From Eledone cirrhosa (Eukaryota): DNA of 64,000 nt. Below the pieces are notes generated by a model. It searched no databases. It was not told the DNA's origin and worked only from the letters and a program-made list of their open reading frames with translations. The stretch lies in NCBI GenBank assembly GCA_964016885.1, contig OZ024755.1, positions 26,784,001 through 26,848,000 of the forward strand, given 5' to 3'. Shown in pieces: positions 50,912 to 63,715 of the stretch. Position numbers and translations under genes: made by a program. The stretch's first letter is position 1; every line of letters starts with the position of its first letter.

Positions 50912-53900
50912 GTAAGAATTTTCTTTATAATTTTGTGAGCTGGTAGGCACATCACAATATGTATCGTGTATATTATAAAGCAAATTATAAAGTATGGAAT
51001 TGATCAATCTTCTAGTATTAATACATTTTTATTTTCTAACCACTTCTTAGGAAATTGATCCAAAACATTGACTACAAATTCTCAAGAACTAAAGAATTAA
51101 GTTTTGAAAATTCTCGCTATCATAATTACATGGCTGATTCTGACACCAATGCAAATTCCACAGACAACATTTCGAGTAAGTTACTTTCAAAGTGATCAAT
51201 TGTTTTCAAACTTTCCTTCTCAACATCTAAATGTAATTTAAACACTTTTCTCTTTATAGGTTTTAAGAAGTCACCTGATGTGAATAATGTTAGGCAAATT
51301 CTTAAAGAAAATGTAAAACAATATACGAAAGTTGTAAATACATTACCAGCGGGAGATGATAAAAATGATCTTTCTGGTGCAATGTTTCGACAGATGGCTG
51401 CCTCTTGTGGTATACATGTTGAAGATCCAAAGTCATTTTCTGATAGCTTCGATATGCAGCAACCAGATAGTGAATTGACTAATGAAATTTTACCTAACAA
51501 AATTACTACAGTGACTCTTCAAAAAACTAAGAATTCATACGAGAATAAATTATTGGATATTGAACCAGAGATGCAATCTATGAAGCTTGAATATTCTGCA
51601 ATTGAAGTTGTTTCTAAAAATTCAATGATTGATGCTTGGAAACCAGAGTGGATGAACAGTGGCTTTTCCAATAAAACAAATCTGAATTCTGATACCCAGT
51701 ATAACATAATTCCACACCATTCACAAATCAACAATGGATGTAGTTCAACATGCCAAGATTCTGTAGGATTTGAAACTGGCATGGAAAAGAGTAATGCCTT
51801 AAAATCTTCAGGAAATATTGATCACACTACTGTTGACCAGTTTGATATAGTTGCTCAGAACATCTTCCCAGGAAGGAAAGAATGGTCTGGGAGGTTTACA
51901 AATCTCCCAGTGGCAGGCACCAGTAAAGTAATATCTGAACAATTGGAAATGGACTCATTGTCTTCAAAAATAAACAGTATGTCTACTCAAACAGAAATGG
52001 TAGAGCAAGCGTGTAAAAATTCAAGACAAACAATGACTATCAACAAAGGTAACCAGATAAGTGTTTTGATGACGGATGCTGCTGTTAATGCTAATCTCTG
52101 TGGATGTTCAGATAAACGGAAATCTGGCAGTATCAAAGAAATATCAACTCAAACTGAATTGCCTTTTATAAGTAGTGCACCAGAAAAATCTCCAAAACAT
52201 TGGGTAAGTAGGTATTAAACATTTTTAAGTGGTTAAAAGAAATTCTTGGAGTTCTAAATTAAATTATTTTTGACTGCCCACGTGTGTGATGTACAGTGGT
52301 TGTTTCAGCACATCTCCCTTTCCATCATCCAGGGCAATGTCTACTCCATCCTTTCGGCCAAGACCACAAGGCAGACTGACCCTTGTTTCATTTATGGTGG
52401 TGTATTGTGAATTAGATTGACTTCCCTAAGCATTTGTTGTAAATTTATATAAAAATTGAACTTGCTGAACATATTAGTCTCTATTCAACTTACACTGATT
52501 GACTTTGGTGTAGGGAGAGGAAGGTCATAAAATAAATATCACTTTCTACTAAGTTTCTATTTCTGAAACATTACACAATTTTTATTTCAGATTCCTCAAC
52601 CAGATGTTGACATAAACAAGCAGTTCATAGCTGATCAGAACGCTAATACTGGCTTATTTAATGGTTATGGAGACCAGTTTCCTTGTGTAAAACCGAATTT
52701 GCAGCAGACACCAAAGAGTCAGTTCAGAGATGGGACAAATTATCCTGAATACAATAACTTTGCAGACGTTCCTATTTTTAACACCCCACCTCAGTCTCCG
52801 GAAAATATTAACTGTGATATTTCATATGCTCATAACACTTTCTGGGGTAACAACACTAACAAACCTTCAGAAGTTCCTTGTTTCCAAGAACAAAGTATAC
52901 AGAATTTGAATGAGGTAAAATTGGACTTTAATCTGTACTGTTTAGTTTTGGAGAAGTTAAAGCAGCAGTATCCTGCACTAAGTAAAGCCCCCCAGGAATT
53001 ACAGCTACTTGCTAAAACACAGACTCTTGCTCTTCAAGTGCAAAGATCTCAGATACATTACCCTCTTCCTGAAGAACCCAGAGCAATCACTAAGACAGTT
53101 GGTACCCCCAAAGAGATGGAAGCTAATAAATTTTTCCATAATCTTTCTACTACTGTTTCTTCGGAGAGAGACATTGATTATATCACATCTGATGATTCTT
53201 CAACCAATAACTCAGGTACTCGACATTATTCTGATAGCCCAGACTTTAGGTGTATGCTTAACCCACCTTACAGGAAGTTTCAGAATCTGCCATTTTCTCC
53301 AAAACTAGATTATTATTCAAAGCCAGTTTTACCAGACATTTCTTCTAAGGTCTCTCAGATGGATTGGGGCTCAATTGGATTTAGTCCTTTAACAAAGTAT
53401 GAAGTAACAGATCCTGAAAACTGTGATGATCTTGATAATCTGAATTCTCCAAATGTGATTATGAAAAAAGCAGTGGAGAAAAGTACCTGGAATAATCCTG
53501 TAATGTCATCTTCTCTTATCTGTAAGTCAGTTTTCTTGGAAAAGTTTTTCAGTGTGATCAGTATTTTTGTCTGACATCATTTTATAGCTACTAAATTTTT
53601 ATTATTTAACTCTTAAGTACTTTTGTACACTTTTACTATTTTTGAAGTGTTGATGTTTTTACTGCATTTGCTTGCACCAATATGTATTTTGCTATCAATA
53701 ATCTTAATATTTTTGAGTTTAAGTTTGGATTGTTTTTTTTTTTGTTTTTTGTTTTTTTTTTCTACTTGCTACTGCTCATTATAAAGATTTCACATTTAAT
53801 ACTATTAGCATTTTAATTGAACTTCTGGACATTTGGGTAATTTTTACTGTAAGTATTTTGCATCCTTTATAATTAACTTTTTCTTGATTAATTTAACTGA

Positions 53901-56900
53901 AAATGTATTTTACATCTATGGCTTTTATATTTTTTAAGTCTGGTTAACTAATCTATAATTTACAAAATGGTCTTATAAAGCATTTCAATTAATTGGAATT
54001 CTTTCAGCTAAAGCTAACCTGAGATATCAAAGCCCAAACTCCAAAGACTGTCTTGCTCTCAGCCCTAATGAATTTCATGGAAACAATTTCCAACAGGTAC
54101 ATATAATGAAAATGTTTTGCTTTTAGATATTGAGATTCATTTTGTAAACTGTCACTCCAAATTTTGTTTCTAAATGCTTTTTCTTTTTTTACACTTAGGC
54201 TTTTAAAAGAAAGAAAAGACTTCAGTTTGCAATGGAACAGAGCAAACGAAATGTGAATGCTAAAATTGATGCAAATATCAGAAAGGGCAACTATGAAAGG
54301 CTGGTCCAAGTCATGCAAGAAAGACTGCCAAATACTGATAGGTAGTAATAGATATCTCTTATACGTTTGTCATGTTTAAAAACCTCTAAAATTCTAAGTC
54401 ATCATCATTGAATGTCCGCTTTCTCTAACAAAGTTTGGACGATCCTTGACAGACTATCAGTACTGAAGTAAGGCTATTGACCTCCCAGACAGGCCTTGGA
54501 TTCGAATCTCACTTAGATAACTTCCACGTTTTACTGAATTGCACCAACACTAGAGAGGTTGACATGTTTCAATTTTTCAATCCTAAAGCCTCAATTTTGT
54601 ATTTTATTCTCTTTAGTTAGAATGGAAATGAAACTTTCATAAAAAATGCTTACAAACTTACTTTAATGAAGGAAATAAGATAATTTAAATGTTTAAACTA
54701 GAGTTTATCTGAATCCTAGTTTCTAAACTCCACATCCTCAGATTTGAGTTTGAAAATATAGTTTTGATCTAATGTGGGTAGAATTAGCTTGACAGATAGT
54801 TAAAACAACCTGAAATTTTATATTTCCAAGTCTTTTTATGTCTTAATAGAAATTGATTTGCTCTTATTCTTTTGAAGATTTCAATGCATTTGTTCAAATG
54901 TTTCTTCTAGAACCAAAGTGGATGATCTCATTAGAGAAGTAAGACGTCGTAAAAATGGACTTGGTGGCTTGACTATGAGAGAGATAGTTTTAGAAGCGAA
55001 GTCAATACTTCAAGAGAAAAATAAGTTATTTTCAAATGTAAGTCTTGTTCTTTCTTTAATATTTTGATTTATTAATCAGATATTTCTACACCAAATAAAA
55101 TAAAAAATCCTAATCATACTTAAATAGTGTGATTTTAGGCTTAACCTCCTAAATTGCAGTGCTGGCAGATAATTGGGATAAATAATAGCTTTTCTAGACA
55201 TATAATTACATAATTTGAATATCTGTGGCTGGTTGTAATCTCAGAGGGTTATTTATAAAACTAATTTTACATTTAAAGTAGAATATAACTAAAGTGAACT
55301 AATTTGATTAAATCTATTGGACCCCCACCTATCTATTGGAATATTTCAGGCTTGGAAAAGTACTGAAGCCAAATTAAAATGTTTCTTTCAGTATTAAAAA
55401 TTGATATTTTTTATTCCTTAAACTTCAAACTACCAGCCATTATTTTACTCATATTGATATTAACTGTTTAATTGTGCTGTACATAATCTTTCACAATAAA
55501 TGGCTGTTAAAGTTTCTGGAGTAGTGACCCTTTTATTTTTGTCCTTTGCATGAATTTAAAATTATTCAAAATTACCAATTGACAACACCTTTTATGGTGT
55601 TTTGGCTAGGTCAACAAATTCAAATTGAAGCATATGATAACAGAATCAGTAAAACATCAGACTGATGCTCTGCTTTTAGTGATGCCCATTTACATTCTGA
55701 CTTCAAATTGTGGAGGGGTTTATATTTCATCCTACTTAGTTTGATATCAGAATTATATATCCTTACCCCCAAAATGTAGCCTAATGTCCTAATTTAGAAA
55801 TTGTTTAACGGTAAGAAGTGACTAGAAACCCAGCAGGATAAGACCAAGACCACCAAAGGCATGATCAACCCTGCACAGGATCAACAGCCATTTTTACATC
55901 ACAGCATGGAAATATAGAAAAATTCCAATCAGTGACTTGGCAAGCACAAAGACCACTGGGAATGTTAGTTAGTTCAGGTCAAAACCCCAGATGAAAATCT
56001 CGTACCCAACTCTTAGATGGAACAGATCTTTGACTATAGGGCAAATAGATTGCATTGAAGTGGTGCCCCACAGGCAGTTTCTTACTAAACTCTGACAAAT
56101 CTCTAACAACCTACACCCAGTCTCATCTCCAGCTGTCTCAACTGGACACAAATGTGTATAGATGCTGCTACATAAATCCTTCCCACTTGAAACTGTCATA
56201 TGTAAGTCATGACTGTTAGGCAGTGATACAGCTCTCTTTCTGTCAAATTTTTTATAACATTCCTTCAGAGATGTTGGTATTAGAGTTGCATAATTTTCCA
56301 CTCTATTAATACTATTTGCTGATATTTGTGAGGTTCTATTTTAAAGGTGGCAAACACTGCCAGCCAATGTACATTGTGTGTTGAAGATTTAAAGTTGAAA
56401 CCTCAGAAACAGCTGGACTGTGGCCATAACTTCCATGATGAGGTAAGAATTTATATTCTTAATTCTGATTTACAAAATATTGTCCGATCTCTATATATAT
56501 ATATATATATTTTTTTTAATTATTTTTTTTAAATGTGGGAAAGATACAAATCTTAATATATTCATTAACCCTTTAACATTCGATCCGGCCAACATTTTTT
56601 CGTTATTTGTTCAAACCGGCCAAATCCAGCTGCAGTCACCCACACGAAGATAAGATTCTTAAAATGTCATGAAACTTGAAACAACACGTCTTTAACGTTG
56701 GAAGTACAATAGATTTTTTTTTTTGTGTCTATCAACATGGCTTGTGATAGTAGCAGTAGTTTGAAAGTTTTACATGTGATGACATTCAAAATGAAGAAAT
56801 AAAAGAAAATATCAGTGATTTGTCTTGAAAAGAATCAGATGTATATATCTGAATTTTCATCCAATGATTGTTGTTTTGATAGTGAAAGGAAGACCTCCAG

Positions 56901-57161
56901 GACACCATTGAAAATGTTACAGCAACATGTTGAAAAACATCACACCAATACGTTCCTGATTTTATTGAAAATACTGGTCCTCAATACACATTACCTCCTG
57001 ATGCTAAAGCACTGGGTTATTTCTTTTTAATTTTGCCAGACTTTCTTTGAAGTTGGGCATATCGATTTGTCTCTTGCCACAACAACATTTTTACTATATG
57101 TTCGGTATAAAGCAATTTCCAAGGCTGGAATTACTGGAGCACTGATATAAGGTTTAGTGAC

Positions 57162-57202
<41 letters not shown>

Positions 57203-57889
57203 GTATTATGCTGAAAACAAGGTATCTGGTCGATACTTCAAATGCTCCCCTGTATAAAGTTCAACCATTACTTGATGTTTTACGTGAAAAATTTAAAACT
57301 GTATATATACATAAAGAATCTGTTGATGAAGCAATGGTTGGGTATAAGGGTAGGGTACATTTCAGACAATATATGCCAGCTAAACCCAACAAATGGGGCA
57401 TCGGGTGTGGGAACGGGCTACTGTGCAAACTTTGATATTTACACAGAGAAAGAAAAAATAGATTTAGATACAATGTTGTATGGTTTCCGACTGAACCCTT
57501 CCAGTCTCAACACATGGATATTTTTACCGCTTTTTTTTTACGTCTGTGCTTCTGGCAGAGGATCTTGCCTTTGTAAATACATACACCCGTGGTCCAATAA
57601 TAGGAATTGCAAAAGGCTACCCTAAGAAATAAAAAAAACTAACAAAATTAAAAAAGGGACTTTCTCCAGGTGCAAAAAGGAACATGCTTGCCACATTGTA
57701 CAAAAAGAAAAAAGCGGCAAATTTTATTCCTATCTAAGATATTGGGGCTGAAGGTAAACTTTTAGTTAATCTCTCTTACAGTATATGGGGTGGAGGGATC
57801 CACAAATCTGACCAGTATTGTGCCTATTACCTAGTTGGGCAGCCTGGAAAGAAATGGATATATTTTGTAGGTTTTTTTTAGTAAATTCT

Positions 57890-57920
<31 letters not shown>

Positions 57921-59876
57921 AATAAAAGCCACAAGGATCTGCTATCACCAAAGGACTACTGCCACATGAAATTGTGTGTGGACATTGCATCTCAGCTACA
58001 TGTAGGATATAGTTTTTGCAAACACAGAGCTGGGAGAAAATCAAAATTATCTGAGGTGAACAAAGAAAATAAGAGAAATTAATGGGAGGAAGGTTTGCCA
58101 AATGTGCTCTTTGCAAAAGAGAAAAACCACTAAAGGTTATCTAATTGAAACCTCTTTTGTGTTCCTCTTGCAAAGTACCATTATGTAAAGGGTGTTTTGG
58201 CCAATTCCATGACAGAAATATTGTCTGACAATATTGAAGAAGGAAAAAAATGATGAATACATTATGTGAAAACACCTGCATTCACCTGTGTCACACCTGT
58301 TAATGAACTTATATATTGGGCACATTCTGTTATGTAAATCTACCTAGTATATTGTGTATGAGTATATTGCGAATATTAATTTGACTGGTAAAAGGGTTTT
58401 ATACTTTTTTTTCAATGAAAATATTTGCATGGAAAGACGAAAACCTTGTACTGATTATACCTGCATTTTAAATTAATTCACATGTTTATGAAAAGTGGTA
58501 AAATTTTTGGAAGTCAACACCTAGGTCATTGTTGGATAATTTTTGTAACAAATCTAACAGGTAAGGCACATAATGTTTAAATTGTTTATCCACAAACATC
58601 TACTGACAATATTTCAAACCTGCACTTAGAAAATTAACAAAATTACAAACGTTAACCCGCTTGAGTATGATAAACTCAAAATAAAGTAAATAGATAAAGA
58701 AAGGGTTAAAGGCTAGTTCTAGTAACCCAAAAGATTCAACTTATAATTCTGGTATATGTAGTAAAATAGCAAAACATTATTTGCTTCTACCTTTCAAATA
58801 CAAGTGTTATTTTATACAATGCTCTATTATTCATTCTTTGTACAATTTTAAGTTAAATAAACCAAGTCAAGATGCTGAAAATTGATACTGATCCTCGGGA
58901 AACCTTATCTAATTCTCCAGAAAATAACTTTTTGCATTTTATTAATCGAGTATAAAATAGGTGCCAGGTTGCATTGTTACTGCCTTAACGAGGTGGCAGC
59001 TACAAAACATTGTGTAAATTATTCCTTAGACAATTTGACAAAATGGCAGCACCAGTTGCTAAAGAAAAACTGATATAAAATGAATAGCTCATTTTAGTGG
59101 TTTGTCTCATAAAAAATAAATTTATATTTCAATGTGTTTGTAGATAGTTGGGTAGTTTGGAGACGTCTGTTTATGAAGTTTTTGACTAGTTTTTCAAACA
59201 CCAATAAATTAGTTATAGTGATTTTACTGAACTTATTTAATTCTTTGATATATTGCACATTTAAAATAATTAGTAATGAAATGGTTAAATCACTATACAA
59301 TGAGCTACTACCCATCATTCAACTGGAATAAAGGATTTGTAGTATAGAAATAATTGTTAGGCACATACTAGATTTTCAATTTTAGCTTCCATGTATACAA
59401 TACATTAAATTCAGAAAATAACGTGAATGTTTAGAAGCTGCACAATTGAAATAGTGATTGTTAAAATATATGTAATCAGTGAAGACTGTCACCTCTTTCA
59501 TAACAGGTCCATTAAAATGTTAAGTACATAAGATTTATTGATTTCTTGCATTGAAAGATATATATATAAAGCATCACAATTTATAGGATGTGTTAAAATT
59601 TCATTTCAGTCAAATATCTACTTTGAGCTTTACTTTACTAATGCTAGTTGACTTTAAATGAATACTTGTCACTACTATGTATATATATATACTATCAAAG
59701 TTGTAGATATATAATCAATTACACAATTTTAATGGCGTTTTTCTTTTCCACCCTTTATTAAATGAACTTTTTTTTCTTCTCAGTGTATCATGGCTTGGGT
59801 GCACCGGCATGAAAGATCTTGCCCAACTTGTGGACAATTGGTATTGTTTCCTGAAGAATTTCCTAAACTTTCTTAA
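50652..59876 (+). CDS. DZIP3/TTC3-like RING-H2 E3 ubiquitin ligase, 9 coding exons, about 935 aa
   Basis: Join 50652-50911, 51051-51175, 51260-52203, 52591-53521, 54008-54096, 54199-54341, 54911-55037, 56347-56442, 59784-59876 = 2808 nt; all introns GT-AG with consistent phases. Helical domain YERLVQVMQERLP...LIREVRRRKNGLGGLTMREIV and C3H2C3 RING ending CPTC..LVLFPEEFP, as recalled for DZIP3/TTC3. Confidence 0.85.
51051..51175 (+). CDS. RING gene coding exon 2
   Basis: cttag|G KLIQNIDYKFSR...DNIS A|GTAAGT; bridges phase 2 to phase 1. Confidence 0.8.
51260..52203 (+). CDS. RING gene coding exon 3 (low-complexity, TQT motifs)
   Basis: tttatag|GT, 944-nt open exon, TGG|GTAAGT. Confidence 0.88.
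52591..53521 (+). CDS. RING gene coding exon 4
   Basis: tttcag|ATT, in frame with ORF 52699, T|GTAAGT. Confidence 0.88.
54008..54096 (+). CDS. RING gene coding exon 5
   Basis: ctttcag|CT KANLRYQSP...NFQQ|GTACAT. Confidence 0.75.
54199..54341 (+). CDS. RING gene coding exon 6 (basic patch KRKKR, start of helical domain)
   Basis: cttag|AFKRKKRLQF...YERLVQVMQERLPNTD AG|GTAGTA. Confidence 0.85.
54911..55037 (+). CDS. RING gene coding exon 7 (TTC3/DZIP3-type helical domain)
   Basis: ttctag|A TKVDDLIREVRRRKNGLGGLTMREIVLEAKSIL...FSN|GTAAGT. Confidence 0.88.
56347..56442 (+). CDS. RING gene coding exon 8 (RING-H2 N-half)
   Basis: ttaaag|VANTASQCTLCVEDL...LDCGHNFHDE|GTAAGA. Confidence 0.9.
56569..58705 (+). 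mobile_element. Decayed piggyBac transposon in the last intron
   Basis: TTAA-CCCTTT ... AAAGGG-TTAA ends; KVQPLLD...SVDEAMVGYKGR..FRQYMPAKPNKWGI; MGGVD..DQ-like remnant at about 57785; Cys-rich tail remnant at about 58100-58200. Confidence 0.88.
59784..59876 (+). CDS. RING gene last coding exon (RING-H2 C-half)
   Basis: ttctcag|CIMAWVHRHERSCPTCGQLVLFPEEFPKLS*. Confidence 0.9.
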   Translation, partial: CIMAWVHRHERSCPTCGQLVLFPEEFPKLS

Positions 59877-61071
59877 ATTTGTTTTGTAAGCTGTTCTCTG
59901 CTTGTGGGCACTTTACTTCACATTAATTTAGACGCTTTATCTTGTTCATACTTAAAACGGTATTACTCCTGTTGAGTACGATATCTCTTAACACCTTAAC
60001 TCGCTTGCTCCCTTTTGCTATCCCTGTTTCACTATCTTCAACAGTTATGATTACTCGAGTTGATATTGTTGCATTAGCAACTTAATAGAAGATTCTTGGT
60101 AATCTTAATTTTCGATTTATAATTACATTTGAACGTTTTGTTTTGGGGCTTTTTTTTTTTTTTTTCTTTTTTTTTCTCAACTGACAGACAAGATATCTTC
60201 TGTCTGGACTTGTTATTTCTCAAACGTTTTTCTTTATCATTGCTATTTTCCAATGATAGTTAAGCTTTCAGCTAAGGGTAAGCTGAATATAGTTGTCGAA
60301 AGGTTTTGGTTAGCTACCAACTAGTTATATTAATATACATATGGTTATGAAAACTACATATGGTCTTTCAAAATTCAAGATACTGATTTTAGAACTAGTC
60401 AATAAATCTGTCAAATCTGGTTGGAGTTTCTCCCAAGATATAATATACATTCTGTACTCGTCTCAGATTATTTACATCTGATTACATTTTCATTAAACTT
60501 GAATGAGCCGTATTGTTAGTCACTTTCCAAAAGTGTTAAGAAGTTAGATTTACAGGAAAAGATAGCTTCAGCTGTTTTATAGCAATATGAACAGCTTTGG
60601 GAGCATGTGATATATATTTAATGCTTTGAAGGCAAGTATTGCCCACATTTATAAAAGCAGTTGAATCGATACATGTTTCAAAGTATTTAATAAATAGTTT
60701 CCTTTTAATTTGTTGTTGTTTTTTTTTTTTTTTTTTTTTTTTTTTTCCAAAATGTCTGTATGGTTTAGAATAGGTACACCATATCCCTGCATATTTTAAG
60801 AGGCCATTAAAATGGTTGACGAGGAATGGCATCTGGTTAAAACACTGCCACAAAAAGGACCAGATGACCAATGTCTGTTCATGGGACCTGCTAGATTAAC
60901 CCCTGTTGGTGTGTGTGTGTGTGTGTGTACTTATACAATACTGAAAACTAATAATATTCATGTCAGTATTTATTATAACTTAATTGTGAAAAGATTTTCT
61001 AACATTTTTAAAGTTGGTTTTAGTAAAGTTGATCTTCACACTATTGGTTTGAAAAAATTCAGATACGAAAT

Positions 61072-61110
61072 AATAAAACGAAATGAATTTCTGCAGCATA
61101 AATATTTATT
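61072..61110. terminator. Opposed poly(A) signals of the two convergent genes (putative)
   Basis: AATAAA on + at 61072-61077 and on - at 61110-61105; the T/A skew appears to switch here. Confidence 0.4.
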
Positions 61111-62968
61111 GATGCCACTGGAATCAAAGTTATAAGAATATTTACAAATGGGCAAGGAACATTCAGGGCATCCCACTGCTACAACTAAAAACTGCTTTAC
61201 AATATTTGGAAGCTTTTAGTGGGACATGACTCGTCCTCTTGTAATTTCTTAATCATACTTTACTGGAATTGCTCCTGTCACATTCCACACTGTATTAAAT
61301 TCCTACTCAAAATATAGCTAACATAAAACAATAATTGTTTGGTAATGTTCTTTTGCTTCAGGATCTTATTACTGAAGAAACAATAACTTCAGTTGGCTAA
61401 CATGGAAACTAATTTAGTTTCATGAATTAACGAGATTGTTTTTTTTCGAAGTTATTAATTTTTAATTGTTAATGTCCCTATCATAAAGAGCACTGTCATA
61501 TGCTAAAGTTAGACTCTTGCTTGCAGTGACTCCAGATTTTGAGTTTTAAAGAAACTTTTCGTGTTGCTTTATATTTTGGAAGTATTGGTACAACTGTCCC
61601 ATGTCAGATGTTTGTAGAAAAACTTCATTATTGGGTAGCCTTTTTCCAGGCATATTATTTTCACCACGCACACAGATGCAGTCTTTTTCTTTATCCATTT
61701 GACAGTGAATAGATTAGTTTGGCATGATTTAATACAAGGGCTGCAGCAATTCACAAAGGAATTGAAATTTGTAAATTAGGAAATTATTTCAATACAAGAT
61801 TGTAGCAATAAATAAAATGGTGCTGTTAAAATAATTTGCACATGGTAAGGAATGGCTTATAAATTATATCCTTCATAGAAACGATAGGGGATTATTTACA
61901 AGAATATTTACCACAAATTAGAACTATACTTAATAAAAACTTACAGAAAGTTCTCAGCATATGAAATCATTTGATCACTTGGCTCCATTAAAATAATTTC
62001 ATAACATTACTAAAATTTATTTTTGTATGCATTAAAACCCTTCAATGTTTTTCAAACATTTTCAGAAAGTAGGTGACAAATCCTTTTATTATGCCAATTA
62101 TAGTTAGAAACCAAAAAAAGCTGGTAGAAAATGGAAAATTTTCTAACTTAAATACATCATTTGATGAAATAGCCACTGTTTCAAATTCAGCCAATTTACA
62201 AGTCATCTGTTTTGAAACCAAGGAAAAAAACTGATATATGTATGATGGATTCTCTTAAAGCAAAATTATGGAATGTAAGGAAGGTGATTACTCACAAGGA
62301 AATAGTTTGAACAAAGAATCCTGTTATACTAAACCATAAATTCCATATTAAAAGAAACTGAAGTACTTGGAACTGGGATCTATGGAAAGGGAACTAAAGG
62401 CATGTTCAGTGGAAGCTCACACAATGTAGACTAAATTTGAAATGGAATTAACTCATTTCCAGAAGAATGAGCTAAACTTTTGACAAATTTAGTTTTCTTT
62501 TATTAGTACTTTGAAACTGATCTCTTCTGTCAGTAAGTAAGGGACTATCACACTTTGGTGATTACAAAACAATTAGCTTAAGAGAAATAGATTTGTGTGG
62601 ACATGGATATACTTGTTAGCAAGTTTATGAAATATACACACTTAGTTAGTTGAGATTTTTTTTTTTTTTTTTTTTTTTTTTAGTAATATGGTTAAGATAT
62701 TGACACTTAAATTAAGAGAGAACATAGATTTTAGTCTCGACTTGTCTGTAAACAGAACTGTATGGGGTGGTATTGAGACATTTCAGAAATGACCATTTAC
62801 ATGCACAAACTAGACCAGTTATAGCTTCCACTTGCAAGACAGTCATCATCATACACCAACAAATAGCAATTATCCTGAGATTTAGCAGGAGCAATTGCCT
62901 TAGTACTACAGGTCACTGGTTATGTTCAACATCTGATTTCCAAAACTTAGTCTTTCAAAATTAAATAC

Positions 62969-63715
62969 TCAGCCAAAAATGTCATCCAGTTCATTTCCAA
63001 CAGAATTTGATGAGAGGAAACCATTTTGCAGCTTTCCTGAACTGGCATTATTAAACTGATTGTGGTTGACAGCAGTTGTGTTTGTGGTGCCCACTGTCAT
63101 GCCTTGAAAGTTAGGACTCACCATTGGTGCATTGACCCTCATGCCTTGACCCATCATAACCTGGGGATGTGCCATCATAGGAGGTTGGTTTATCATTGTT
63201 CCAACATTATTTCCAATCATACCAATACTTGCATTGGAACTAGTTGGCATGAAGCCAATGTTCCCAGGTTTCACACTGCTACTTGTTGAACCCTTTTGAG
63301 CCATCTGATTTAATGAAGGCTTCATCTGTGATGAAGATGGCGACAAGAGGTTGTCAAAAGCTGAAAGGTCCACTGACTTGCTAGCAGGTTTTGATTGGTT
63401 CATCAGAACTTTAGGGCTAGTTCTCTGCATAGGCAAGGCTACACTACCACCTGACATTGAAGAAGCACCAAAGGATGACTGAGCCATACTCCATGAGTTA
63501 TTTAAGGTACTAGTATGTTGAAGTTGGTTTAAGTTGTTGTTCAGTAGAGTTGAGGTAAGGTCTTTTGGTTTATTGTAACTTGAAATTTGACTTCCACAAT
63601 TAGCACTCTTTTCACTCTCAGGATTTTTAGGGACCAGCATACTTTGCTTCTTGTACATATTTTGTTGATCCTGTTCTCGGGCCAGCCTCTGTTTCTCTTC
63701 CATAGTTAGACTCAC
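62969..63715 (-). CDS. SCYL2: SCY1-like protein 2 (CVAK104), terminal exon; gene continues beyond the window
   Basis: Acceptor ttaacag|63715; SLTMEEKQRLAREQ, KDLTSTL, Met/Gly/Asn-rich tail and terminal ELDDIFG* match the recalled SCYL2 C-terminus (SLTLEEKQKLAKEQ...KDLTDTL...DLKDLFG). Confidence 0.88.
   Translation of the reverse strand: MSLTMEEKQRLAREQDQQNMYKKQSMLVPKNPESEKSANCGSQISSYNKPKDLTSTLLNNNLNQLQHTSTLNNSWSMAQSSFGASSMSGGSVALPMQRTSPKVLMNQSKPASKSVDLSAFDNLLSPSSSQMKPSLNQMAQKGSTSSSVKPGNIGFMPTSSNASIGMIGNNVGTMINQPPMMAHPQVMMGQGMRVNAPMVSPNFQGMTVGTTNTTAVNHNQFNNASSGKLQNGFLSSNSVGNELDDIFG

Noticed and set aside
51126-54318. Antisense or alternative-frame ORFs over the RING gene exons
   Set aside because: Shadow ORFs of true coding exons, with no independent support.
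57157-57625. Domesticated PGBD gene
   Set aside because: Frameshifts, a TA microsatellite interruption and large deletions; transposon ends still present.
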